A stretch of 64,000 nt of DNA, taken from positions 45,322,001 through 45,386,000 of the forward strand of contig CM060731.1 in assembly GCA_030704615.1 (NCBI GenBank). Reading direction: 5' to 3'. The translations under genes were made by a program, and so were the position numbers. Origin of the DNA: Takakia lepidozioides. Its lineage: Eukaryota > Plantae > Bryophyta. The notes under the pieces are model-generated. The model worked only from the letters and a program-made list of their open reading frames with translations, did not search any database and was not told where the DNA came from. Positions 23,600-35,666 of the stretch are shown in pieces. Every line of letters begins with the position of its first letter. The stretch's first letter is position 1.

Positions 23600-25005
23600 A
23601 AAGTTGCTTTGCAACGGCCCCAATAGTGGTACATGCAGACCCATCTAAACCATTCTTTTTGGAAGCAGATGCATCGGACTTTGCACTTCTTGCGCTATAC
23701 TCTCTCAATACGGTACGGATGGCCGACTTCACCCCCTGTTGATTTTCGTTCTCGCAGCAATTTTTTCCGTTGCGGAGATCAATTATGAAATCCATGACAA
23801 AGAACTTCTAGCGATCGTCAATCATTGGAGGGGCTAAATATCAGGTCACTGTCTACACTGATCACAAAAACCTCGAATATTTTATGAGTGTTCGTGTTTT
23901 GAATCGACGTCAAACAAGATGGGGTATGTCACTAGCAAAGTTTGATTTTGTTATTACCTATCGCCCCGGACATCTTCAAGAGATACTCGATGCTCTTTCT
24001 CGACGATCGTATCTTGCGCCGAAAAATGGAGACAAAGCTTTCGACCAACATAAATCCATCATCTTTAAAACCAGCAAAATCTCCAATTGAATATGTTATC
24101 CATGTCCACCTATGACGATGCAGAGATCATACAGGAGATTCATGAAACATTGAAGAGCGACCAATTTACTACGACACTACGAAGTCAACTAAATCGACCT
24201 CGAGACAACCGATTTACAAACGACTTCGAATTCAAAGATGACTTACTTTATTTCAAAGGACTTCTCTATGTACCTCCAGGATCTACACGACTGCGAATTC
24301 TTCAAATATGTCATGATCTTCCGAGCTAAAAAAGAATACAAGGAATAAGCAGATCAACATCGCCAACTCCAACCCCAGTTCAAGGTTGGAGATCGTGTGC
24401 GGCTTCTTCGACATGACATACAAACCTCGCGACCATCAAGGAAGTTGGATTATCAATGCAAACTCGTTCTCGCAAATCCGGTCAGTTTTCCGGCTTGACT
24501 TCCCACGAAGTATGCGCATCCATCTAGTCTTTCATGTTTCATTATTGGAGTTGTATCATCCATCGAATATTTCATCAGGGAAGTTCTCCGTTATCGAAGT
24601 CAATCAAGAAATCGAATATGAAGTCGACGAAATCCTAGACTCTCGCATCAAGTATAAACGTCCTTGAGTATTTCATAATTGGAAGCTACGACATCAGAGA
24701 ACGACGAACGTGAGAATTTTTATCCAACTTTGCCAATGCATCTGACAAAGTTCAAGAGTTTCATCAACGATATCTAGTTAAGCCCCAAGCTACACGTCAA
24801 TAAGGCGTCACAACGATGATGTCAGCCAAGTTAGCTTCAAGGTGAAGACTCCACATTCAATGTATCTGATACACACTAAGGAGTGAGGTTTTCCAACTCT
24901 AAGCAAATCCAAGATTTTTTATTGCTAAAATAAAAAACGCTCCTCGGAGGAACTCGGCGTTAGAGGAGGGGGTGATGTCACGGACATAAGCCCGAGGAAC
25001 TTACT
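23600..25005 (+). mobile_element. Decayed chromovirus (Ty3/Gypsy, Tcn1/Tf2-like): RNase H, deleted integrase, SH3-like region, chromodomain, PPT and start of 3' LTR
   Basis: HADPSKPFFLEADASDFAL; NYEIHDKELLAI; YTDHKNLEYF..LNRRQTRW..ITYRPG; RILQICHD; IHLVFHVSLLE; EYEVDEILDSR. PPT agaggagggggtga (24962-24975) is followed by TGTCACGG at 24976. Confidence 0.88.
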
Positions 25006-26008
25006 AGGAGTAAATACCAGAAGTTACCAAGTTACTATGTTATAAAAAATTACGGTGATCTAGCATGATTTACCATAAATTACCATTAGTTACCAAATTA
25101 CCGAAAATAACTTGGGAAACTGCTCAGGAAGCTTCTTTTGGATGAAACTTTTCCTTCAAGAAATCTTTCACTAGTATGAAAAACGGGTTTCATGATACTT
25201 TTTTTAAATTATTTTCATGACTCTTTTGATCATTTTGACTCATTTTTTACTCTTTTGCAAAGAGTCAAGCAGACCGTGTCGTTACGATGAGTAATATCCG
25301 CGTCGTGAATATGACTCTAAGTGTTTCAAGCAACACACGACTCTCCCCGGACTGCTACGTATCAATTTCAGATGATGACAGGTGTAGGGACAACGATATC
25401 TCGAACGCATGCCACAACGAGCCACGTGTCACGTGGATATGCATTTGTTTTCGGTTTATTTTCATTTTTATTTTGGATTTATTTATATTTATTTTAATTT
25501 TTCAAAGAACAGGGGACAGTGGTTAATTTGTGTTGTAGGTTTACTGAACTTATTATGTTTTTATGTATTCAAATATAATACCATTTATATGTAATTTGTA
25601 ATATGGAGAATATATTATTTTGCACAAATACACGGTGTCGCGAGCCAATTGGTAAAAAAAAAAATTCGGCAATTGATGGAAATATGATAGGAAGACAATG
25701 GTTCCCTATTTCAAATCTGTGCAGTGCCTCCAGATCAACAAAAAAGTGGAGTATTTTCAAGAATATAATCTCAAAAGTAGCCCAACTACCCAACTACCCA
25801 CTGCACATATGGATCCAAAAATGTGACAAACCGAGCACCTTCCTCCTCTCTGATTGTCCATAGCATGCCTCCTTCCTGCCCAAGACCTTCTGCGTCCTTC
25901 CTTACAGGAGATCAAGATCACATGTCCTGCACATGATGCACATATGTATAGGTATAAGCATATCAACAACAAGTGCAGATTCCAATAGGAGTGCGCATCT
26001 GTAAATAC

Positions 26009-26513
26009 GAGTGTTGGACTGGTATATAGGTGAAGGACTGATATAAAGTACTGGTATATGCACTGGTATTAGATACCAGACCAGTCTGGTATCGTTTGGG
26101 AGAGTACTTAGTCATATATTACCCCAGCCTGGTATCAGTTTTTTCATACCAGCCACAATACCAGTACTCCCCCACAGTCTACCTCATTTACTCTGGTATG
26201 TGTACCATATTAATTTATGTGTACATTTGCCTATACATTTGTATTTATGTATATTTACTTCTAAAGCCATCTTGAATTACAAGTTTATCAATATCAAATA
26301 CAAGTGAAAATAAATACAATACACATAAAGGATGATACTAGAGTTGATCCCTCATACCAGCTGATATTGTGGTCATGATACTCATACTCATACCAGTATT
26401 TGGATAAATATACATCCACCATTATATAGACCAGACTGATATGAAAACTTTGTGATACGTCTAGTACCAAGACCAGATTGGTATGTAAAAAACTTGATAC
26501 CAGTCCAACACTG
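26009..26513. mobile_element. hAT-type MITE
   Basis: TIRs (g)AGTGTTGGACTGGTAT / ATACCAGTCCAACACTG. Perfect 8-bp TSD gtaaatac (26001-26008, 26514-26521). Many subterminal TGGTAT/ATACCA motifs. Confidence 0.92.
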
Positions 26514-26639
26514 GTAAATACTAAATAAGATCTATTTAGCTAACCACTCAAATGTAACACCTATTTGTACTGTTGATGGATATCTATGGAAAAACACTAA
26601 CTACTGTATTTTGTAAGTTAAAAGAAGAAAAACCCTTGC

Positions 26640-28690
26640 AAATAAAATCGGAAAATCCCGACCTTTTGGATGATTTCTGACCCCACAACTCTATCCCATT
26701 CCCTCCTTCACATATCCATGCCTCTACAGAAAATCATGTTACATCCTTGCTTTGCTGCTAACAGCTGACAATAACATCCTAAAATTGTTCCAGCAAACAC
26801 CCAGCCCTTCTTATCACACTAGTTCCTATGCTGACTTGCGTTTGCTTCCAACAAGCATTCACCTTTTTGCGGAGATTGTTCCACCATTGACTGGGGTCGG
26901 AAAATTGTTCCTTCCAGAGCGTCTCCTCGTCTCTATTATCTTTTCGATACTTTTCTTGTTTGCCCAGGTTGCAGTTAATATGTCAAAATCACTCCAAAAC
27001 CACCATAGATCCACCAACACGAGCTAACTTGGCCAGAATTCAACATGAAAAATTTAGGGACGACTCTGATAACAGAAGAAAAAAACAGGCTGAAATGTGT
27101 TGAAGAATGCACCTTTCATTAGCAGTGCCTTGTTCTATCAATTGCCGCTGCTGCTGCTGCCTAGAAGAAGCATTGGTGGACTCCCCCCATTTTTCAGAAG
27201 CTTGTGGCCATGGTTTGAATGCCTGATTTAATCAACTGTGCCGCTGCCTGTAGCTGACCATCTACCCATGCAGGTTTTTTCTTGTAGCTATTGATCCACA
27301 GGTAAATCATAGATAATCTTGTCCTTGAAATTCGTGACCCTCTTGGATGAATCTAGACCCACACTCCTATCCCTGCTCCTTTCAGCTATCACTGCTCTGC
27401 ACAAACATACATACATCCTTGCCTTGTAGCTATGATGACAACCTAGATTTTGTTCTAGGAAACATCCAACTCAGCTTCTCTCAATAGTTCCTATGTTGAA
27501 TTGTGTCTGCCTAACTCTCTGTAATCTAACAGGCATTCACCTTTCCAGTGTTGACCTACATGCCATATAAATGCCATTATCAGCCTTGTCAAGAATGGGA
27601 ACCCACAAAGTGTTTCATGTTATTGCCATGGCCCCCCCCAAATCAGCTGCAATGGAACGAGGCCTCCCATTCAACCTATTTGAGTGTATGACAAAGGAGA
27701 AAATCATAACCTTGTAAAACTTCATTGGTGGTCACATCACAGCACATCATCTACTTACTGCTATGAAGATTCAGACGTAGATAACCAGGACCTGATGCAC
27801 CACTTATGCAAGAAACAGACATAAGTATTTGAATTTACGGTCATGAAATGCCCCCTTGGTGTAAAGTCTATTCTAGAGCCTCTTTTCAGTTTGTCCTCCC
27901 TCACATGATAAAGCATCCTCACATTCCCGCCAATCGTTATAAAGAACATTTTGGTGGATCCATCTCTGGTCTCTTTTAGAAGCTGTGGCATCTTGTGCAT
28001 TTGTGCCCTGTTGTTGCTGTTTCCAGATGACCATCCATCTACCCTATGCGGTTTCTTGTAGCTATTGATCCACAGTGAATCATAGGTAATATGTGCTTGA
28101 TTCCCAGCCCTTCTTGCATGAATTTCTAACCCACCCCTCATTCCTGCTCCTTTCAACTACCCCTGCCTCCGGAACAATCATGTATGGATCCGAATCTTGC
28201 TCCACATTTGACATATGTGTCCATGAGGGTATTGTTCAGAAATGACATCTGGAAATGTTCCAGCTTTGATGATGTCACCAGGACCTCTTTGCCCTTTTGG
28301 TTTTTTTTGCCCTTTCCAGAGCTGCATGCAGCCTCCCACACGCATTATAAAACACAAAGAATGTGATGTGGTTGGGCTTCAGCCCTCTCTCGCATTTATT
28401 TGCTCATTACGTCTCCAGCATCAATCCCACACCCATATTGTTGTGTTTTACCCTGCAATCATGGGTACTCTCAAGACACCACATCTTGTTCAGCTAGCCA
28501 TGTTGTCGAACACTCCATTTGCTTCCTTGCTGCACCTACATTTGGCATAAATGTCCACAGGAGAGTGTTCAGAACGACATCTAGTATAATTGGCAGTTTT
28601 GACGATGTCACCATGATGGACCTCCTATGGTTGCCCTTTTCTCTAAGCTGCAAGCTCGAATTGGGCATACATGTCCACCAAGGCACAGTT
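26640..28690 (-). pseudogene. Highly decayed pentatricopeptide-repeat (PPR) gene fragments
   Basis: FLNNTLMDTYVKCG (~28200-28240) and a frameshifted DVVLNTL..IYAKC...QDVVS (~28470-28580) match PLS-type PPR motifs. Related segments recur at ~26660-26870, ~27250-27545 and ~28030-28160. Confidence 0.55.
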
Positions 28691-30358
28691 CAAATGACAT
28701 CTGGTTACAAATTCTAGCTTTGACATTGACACTAATGGATGGACTCCCTGTCTCAGGCGACGCCCCTGGAATCGCACGGACGTCGCAGCCCCCGGGGGCC
28801 GTCGCTAGCTCCATAGGGAGGTCCATGGGAGGGCACGTTCTTATGCGACTCCCTGGAGTCACAACAACGTTGCAGCCCCTGGACGGCGTCGCTAGCTCCA
28901 CGTTGGCATGGTTCTGTTGCGACTGCTGGGAATCGCAAGAGCGTCGCTGGTCGCCCCCGGCCGTTGCGCCGGCGTCGCTGGGTGGGAGGGTAGCCAGTTG
29001 GTATTGGGGTGGGGTTTGGGGGTTTTTTTTCGTTGGGGGGGGGGGGGGTTTTTTCTTGGGGATTGGGGTGTGCCTCGTGCTTGCATGAATTGCATGCATT
29101 CTAATCTATAGGTCAACACACCAAATCCACATATCCATTAAGGTTAGAATGAGGATCGAAATGACAACTGAAAAATATATATATAAAGCGAGTACTACCT
29201 ATACATGTCTCTAACTGGGAACCATCCCTCACTCCTCATCACCGGCAGAAAAGTCGGAATCGCCTCCCTGTTGCGTTTTAACAAAGGGGATTACTTCCCT
29301 GCAGGTAATCTTTTCGGGTTTTCAGCCCAGTTCTTAACTATGGGGGAGACCAGCCTGCAGGTAATTCCTTTGGATGTTGTTGGGCCTATATGTACCTCTA
29401 TTTGCTCCAGTTTTGAACCTTCAGTGAATGGTGTGGTTTCCTGAGGTGGTTCCATTCTGAGGAATGGCTGGTAGACGTAAGGAGGCACTAGCGGACCCTG
29501 TGGAGGCTTGCATGGGGCCTTGGAGGCCAAGTTTCATGAGCTCTTGGAGGGCGGTTTGAGGAGTGTCTACAGGATGCTCTCATGGTCATGTAAATGAGAG
29601 AAGAGAGGAAAAAAGAGGGTGTTGGGATGAGAGCGTGTTGGGGATAGGCATTGCTTTAGTTTCCCTTCCTCGTAGCTTTTCACCTTCTCTGTACGCCGAG
29701 ACCTTTCCGTAGGTGGAGGCAAGAGTCAGTCCGGGTTTGGGCTGGGGTATCCTTGCCGGAGCGACACTATGGAGAGATTTTTGGTGTGGGGGAGTTGTTG
29801 TTTTCATTCTTGTGTTTGGATCCACACCTGCATGTTTGATTGTGCGCCATGCTAGTTTTGTGTGGGCGCTTGATTTTATAGGTGGTTGACTCGGGCTTGA
29901 TCGCCTATCCAACCCTAGAGCATGCTGTCGATGGTGAGGCTGGGTTGATGACCAGTCAGACCATCTTTGTTTCTCCTGTGGTGAGGTTGGAGGTGAAGAC
30001 CAGCCAACCATAGGAGTGCCTGCGGTGGATGCAGGTGCAGGTGCAGGCTATGTTAGGAACCTAGTATTCCAAACCATAAGCCGCATCAGGTTCTCTACCC
30101 GGTTACCTTATGGAGAGGGGGTTAGGGACATGTTCATGACCGGTTGAGTATCAGTTTGTCAACACGGAGGTGCCACTCGTTGCTGGGAAAAGTGCCGGTA
30201 CGAGCACTAACGATACTAGCGGGTATACGAGACGAGGTGTGCGGTTTAGGCCACTTTCATCTCCTGTGTCTTCTACGGAAGGTTCTGATTTGGATTGTGA
30301 ATCAGGAGGACTCACACAGGCGGTGCAAGTAGTTTTCTTGCCATTGTTGTGGGACACA

Positions 30359-31604
30359 ATGGAGGAGATGTATGGAGCCACCAAGGGGCCACGAAGGTAC
30401 TCTGGGGCGGTGGGCACCATTGAGTTGGATGACTTTATCCAAGAGTTTGATAGTTGGTGTGACTTGCAGCAAATGCGCAATCCACAGCTGTTTACGCCTT
30501 TCATGGCATGGAAGGGGCTGTTTCAGCACCCTGAGGGGCCGCCCATGAATGATTACCATGAGTTTAGGCGGGGGCACGATGTTGAGATCGAGGAGTGGAG
30601 GTGTACTGGTCACCCGAGTATGTCTCCATCACTAGAGGCACTAGAGGCACAAGGGCAGCAACCACACCGGCAGCTGCACCAGCAACAGCAATACAACAGC
30701 AGCTTCTACGAGCAGTAGTGGGACTAGTGGTACAACAACTACGACATCCACCCAAGCTACTGCTGCACCAGCACCAGTGGCGGTGCCTGCGTTCAACCCT
30801 GTTGTGGAGTTCTTCGAAGAGTTGAGAAGGAACTACCAAGGGGTGAGGACAAAGAAGTTGAGGAGCTTGCAAGAGTTCCAACGGAAGCCTATTGAGAGCT
30901 TGAGGGAGGCTTTCACTCGCATGAGGTGCTTGATTAATGTAACCCAAGGGGTTACTGAGGCTCAGGCAGTCCAGTTCTGGTATGGGATATCGGACAAGGA
31001 GCTGAGGAGAAGGGTGCGGGATGCAATTCTCCTACAAGCGGCCCAACCTACCTTGACAAATGTGTTTTTGCTGGCAGAGCGGATAGAGCTCAAAATGGTG
31101 GAGGAACGAGTGGTCATGGTGGGATTTGCTAAGGAGGAACCACGGGGTAGTGGTGCTCCTAGCGAGCCACTACCTCAACATGCTCAAGGCAACAAGGGGG
31201 CTCAGGTGAAGCCCAGGGAAGGGCAGAAAGGACCTCAGATGCAGGGGTCTCTCCCTTCATTTGCTAGCCAACAATGGGCGGATGTGGTATGCTGGACATG
31301 TGGAGGACCCCATGTCAAGAAGGATTGCCCAGAGGGAGGCAATGGTTTGGCACAGGCACAGCCTGCACAGTTGCAGTGTGGGCATTGTGGCAAGTACGGG
31401 CATGGAGAGGCCCAGTGCTATGGTTTGCACCCTTGCACCCAGGCCAGTTCCAAGGGAACAATGGTGGCCGGGGGCAAGGTGGAGCAGCCCAGAGAGGACG
31501 AGTTGGCTAGGCACGAGGTGCAGGCCAAGGGCAAGCTCAACATGGCCAAGGACGTGGAGGTCAGGGTGGTGACCAAGGCATGGCCAACCGGCTTCAGCAG
31601 CTAG
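30359..31604 (+). pseudogene. Retrotransposon gag (frameshifted)
   Basis: MEEMYG..ELDDFIQEFDSWC..; FQRKPIESLREAFTRM (major-homology-like region); two CCHC-type knuckles. Frameshift near 30600. Confidence 0.88.
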
Positions 31605-32489
31605 GACAGAGACTCGCTGCCATGGCCACAGCTCAGGTGGTACCGGCTCCAAGGCCGGATGGTCCACCTCCTGCTCATGAGGGATGAGACTTAGGCGGCA
31701 TGGGATTCATGTGCGGAGCACTACCACTAGTGAGGGGCCACTACCACTATGGGTGGGGCCCCACTACCACTAGTGAGGGGTGTCACTACCACTACCATTG
31801 TGGGTGGGGCACCACTACCACTACCACTATGAGCGGGGCAGCACTACCACTAGTGCAAGTGGAGTCAGCTGCGGTAGTGACTCGAGGAGCGGCACGAGTT
31901 CCTGAGCCACGGGGTGCGGAGGTAGAGTTGGATCCACAACGTGGGGAGGCAAGCCGTTAGGCCAGGCTTCCTCAGTCATTTACATTGGCGGAGATAGTGT
32001 CGACGCCATCCATGGCACCTAGTTCTTGCACGACTGTTACCGAGGCAGAGGTTACTATGCCATCGGGGAGAGCTACACGGGCAGCACCACTACCTAGTAT
32101 TGCCAAGGCTACGGCAACTAGTGTGCTGCTGGGGGCGGCCACAGCTGTGTGTCAGGCTCCATTGTTCTCGGCTACCCTAATTGCGACGCCGGGGGTAAGA
32201 CCAGCTAAGGTGTTCAGGCTAGCAGCTACACTTTGTGAGAGTGGGGAGGTTACTTCATCTTCTGCGGAGATAGTGGGAGGTGTAGTGCCGGAGGGATCCT
32301 CGAATGTGAGGGTCAAGACTGCCACGGCGGCGCCATGATAAGCTGCAGCTGCCAGGTTGATGGAGCTGCCAGCTGGGCAATGTGCAACAAGCCTAGGTAG
32401 AGGCTTTTGTACCATCAGGAGAGGAGGACAGTGCGGGGATTGTACCAGGACCACCTCACTTGTCACCATTGGACACCACACCGATCGTG

Positions 32490-33460
32490 TGGCAGTGTCC
32501 GGATGAAGGCATTTGCCTTCTGGATTTTTTTGGCGGGATCAGCACCGGATTGGCTGCTGTTCTACAAGCAGCAGTACAGTTTGGTGTTACTTGTATGTGG
32601 AGAGGGATGAGACTGCACGACGCGTCTCCCTACGCCATGTTGCTCAGTTGGTGCAGCAGTACCCTGAGTTGTTGTCGGTGTTTTCAGTTCGTGGATATCA
32701 ACAGGCCTTGCCAGCAGACATCTCTTTGTTGGGGGCGCAGGATTTGGAGCGGGTTGGCTCCATTGATTTGGTAGTGGCAGGTTGGCCCTACCAAGGGCAT
32801 TCATCAGCCGGGCATGGCAATGGATTGCGAGACTCGAGGTCAGGTCTCTTTTGGGAGATGGTGCGGGTTTTGTGCCACTTACAGCTTCATCAAGTTGTAT
32901 CTCCAGCATACATCTTGGAGAATGTGCCATTGATGGGCGATTCTCGGGCCAGGGTGATGGCCAGTGTGCATCAAGTCCGGTCGTGGCTTGGATCAACAGT
33001 GTTGCTGGATGCAGTTGAAGTGGGGTCACGGGCTCATCGTCCACGGTTATGGTGGACTAACTTGATGCCACCCGCACTGCTCAAGCATGCATTTGATGGG
33101 GTGCAGCGGACAATACACCTCACAGTGGATGGCATTCTGGACACAGGGAGGCAGTCTCAGGGTGTGAGACACGATGACCGTCCGCCTTTGGCAGTGGTCA
33201 ACAAGGTGGGTCAACCACGAGCAGCACTACCTACACTGCTCAGCTTCCCAGGATCACATGCTTTTCGGGATAGTGGACTTGGCCTCATGTGGGATGCTCA
33301 GTTGCAGCAGTTAGTGGAGCCTAATCCGACGAGCGAGAGCAGGCTATGGGTTTTTCCACTGGGACCACGGCGGTGCCTTCTCTTTCTAAGGCATCACGTC
33401 GTCAGGTATTGGGGGCAAGCGATGGATCTCAATTGCTTGACCTGGATTATCAGCTTGGCT
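32490..33460 (+). pseudogene. DNA (cytosine-5)-methyltransferase domain embedded in the retrotransposon polyprotein
   Basis: Motif I LDFFGGISTG (32520-32549); II YVERD; III ADISLL; IV IDLVVAGWPYQG (32762-32797; PC changed to PY); V DSRSGLF; VI YILENV (32909-32926); VIII AHRPRLWWTN (33032-33061). After correcting 1-nt frameshifts: IX EREQAMGF and X RRQVLGQAMDL (~33330-33430). Confidence 0.93.
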
Positions 33461-33849
33461 ATGACTGAGCAACGTAGAGTGCGGAGTGCACTTCCCTTGA
33501 CGGTCTCTCTGCCTACCGAGACGGTCCAGGCAGTGAGTGGGGGCGAGCCGGTGAGGACCACGGGGTGTAGACATCCATGGCACACGTGGGAGGTACTCGA
33601 GGTTTAGAGGGAGTTGGCAGCCAAGGCGGCTGTGATGGATGAGATTGGGGATTCTTCTCGGGATGAGGAGGTCCTCAAGGATGAGATGATGGGGTAGGAT
33701 GAGGCCTTGTCGTTGACTGAGCAGGTAGGGAGTACTGCTCATGAGGTTGCGGCATAGCAACCACGGGACGAGTCTCCTACCTCTAAGTCTACTGGATTTA
33801 AGGTTGCAGTTACGGAGGACAATTGGGAGCCTAACATTGGACCCATTGT

Positions 33850-34395
33850 TACTGGAGGAGAGAGACGACGTATACGGCGGTTCCTGAGGGCTTACATGAA
33901 TTGCTTTGCCTTCAGTTTGAAGGATTTGGGAGCACTGAAGGGTTAGCAGATTCATATTGAGTTGGTCACGGACACGCCAATCTTTCGGAGACCCTATAGA
34001 TACAGTGACATAGAGAGGTCTTTGATTCAGATGAGGACTCAAGATCTCTGGGAGGCTGGTTTGGTGGAGAGTATGCTTCAGCCACGGTGATGTCAGCCAA
34101 GAAGGATGTCTATGGCAATTGGACGGAGAGACGTATGTGCGGTGATTACCGGCCTATAAATCGCCAGACCAAGTCCGATAAATATGCCATGCCCACACCT
34201 GAGGAGGTCTTTGATGCCATTGGGCATGCCAAGGTCTTTAGCACTTTGGACTTGCGGTCCGGATATTACCAGTTGCCGATCAAGGAGGCAGACAAGCAGA
34301 AGACGACATTCTGGGGGATCAATGAGCACGGGAAGGATTGCCTATATCAGTGGCGGTTCTTACCATTCGGGCTTAAGAACGCTCCTGCAGAGTTT
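33850..34395 (+). pseudogene. Ty3/Gypsy reverse transcriptase, N-terminal half
   Basis: CFAFSLKDLG..PIFRRPYRYS..KKDVYGNWTERRMCGDYRPINRQT..YAMPTPEE..FSTLDLRSGYYQL..KTTFWG..LPFGLKNAPAEF. Truncated before YxDD. Confidence 0.93.
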
Positions 34396-35607
34396 GGTGA
34401 TATAAGAGCCTTGAAGAATGTTTGTTATCACAAGGTCTATCTTCTGATCCATCAAAGCCAGGCCATGGTGTTTCATTTCAGAGCTTAGTTTCCATGCTGC
34501 CAGAGCTATAGCCGCAGCCATGTACCTTTGTTGAAAACAGCCAGAGCCTTCAACAGAGATTTTGTTTTCTATGAAGTTCCTTGTGTGTCTTAACTCCAAA
34601 ACATATAGAAGTGGTTATCAAGAACCAAAAACAGGGATAAGGAGTAAGAAGGTGATCCTCATTAGAGCAGACTTGAAGCCGATTTGAGGCAGCAAGATGG
34701 CAGATTTGAAACAACAGTTGGTATCAGCAGCTTCAGGCGGTAGCAGCAATCCCTTATGCATGAATCAGACTCTGCAAGCTTCAATAATTCAAGACAAGTG
34801 AAAACCCTCACCTGTGCCCATCCCAAAAACCACCACATAGAGATGTGTGTTAGTGAGGATGCATCAGGTGAGTGGCAGGTTTTCACAGTTGCTATCCATG
34901 TCAGTGTTGAATTCTAAAGCATGTACAAATTGTAATCCAAGCAAGGGTACACTCAAAAAAAAACCTTGAGTGTTTGTGGTATGCCCTGCGCCATGGCGTC
35001 CAGTAGATGTCTCCAGCAGAACGCAATCAAAGTAGAAGTGTTCATAGATAGAGAGTAGCTCATACAGAAAGAGAGCAACATGTAATCTGTGGCTAAGTAG
35101 GGGTGGAGTACTTCCCAACGAGGAGTAAGAGCGCCGCTGCGAATTTAACAGAATCATAAATTTCTGAGCAGAGCGATCACTGCATTATCGACTGCCAGAG
35201 AGGAATCTGTCTATCTGCCAATGCGCATCCCAAAAGCCAGCCATCACGAGTACCATGTAGCCGCAAGGGAGCAGGTTTACACGGCGCATCATCAAGGATC
35301 ATGGAAGCACGAGTTCTGTGTTGTGAAATATGTCGGCCCGTTTAGGGCACAACTTCCCGATTTCTCATCCAGGGTGGATGAAAAATCACATTTTAAAGAG
35401 ATGCACTTTGTTAATGGATGATATCCCATAAAAAGGTATATTAGGGTTACGGTATAGGCTTAGGTTTAGTAACTGCCATCATTTATGATGGTACAAATTA
35501 CTACCTCTTGGATTTTAGAATAGGTCACCATTATTCATGTATTTCATTCAGTTTAGATGAAAGAAGCAAATAGTAAATATCAGGGCCAAATGAAATCCAA
35601 AAAGTTA

Positions 35608-35623
35608 TAGAGGGAGAGGGAGA

Positions 35624-35666
<43 letters not shown>

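Larger units (their letters stand above)
29242..34395 (+). mobile_element. Decayed Ty3/Gypsy copy B: 5' leader, gag, C5 DNA methyltransferase, RT (truncated)
   Basis: Gag at ~30359-31604 with two zinc knuckles (CWTCGGPHVKKDC, CGHCGKYGHGEAQC). C5-MTase motifs at 32500-33460. Gypsy RT at ~33850-34395 ends abruptly at PFGLKNAPAEF. All on the same strand with no LTR in between. Confidence 0.92.

Noticed and set aside
32490-33460. Host DRM/CMT/MET1 gene or bacterial restriction-modification contamination
   Set aside because: Intronless, lacks UBA, BAH and chromo domains and the DRM permutation, has no restriction gene, and is collinear with gag and RT on the same strand.
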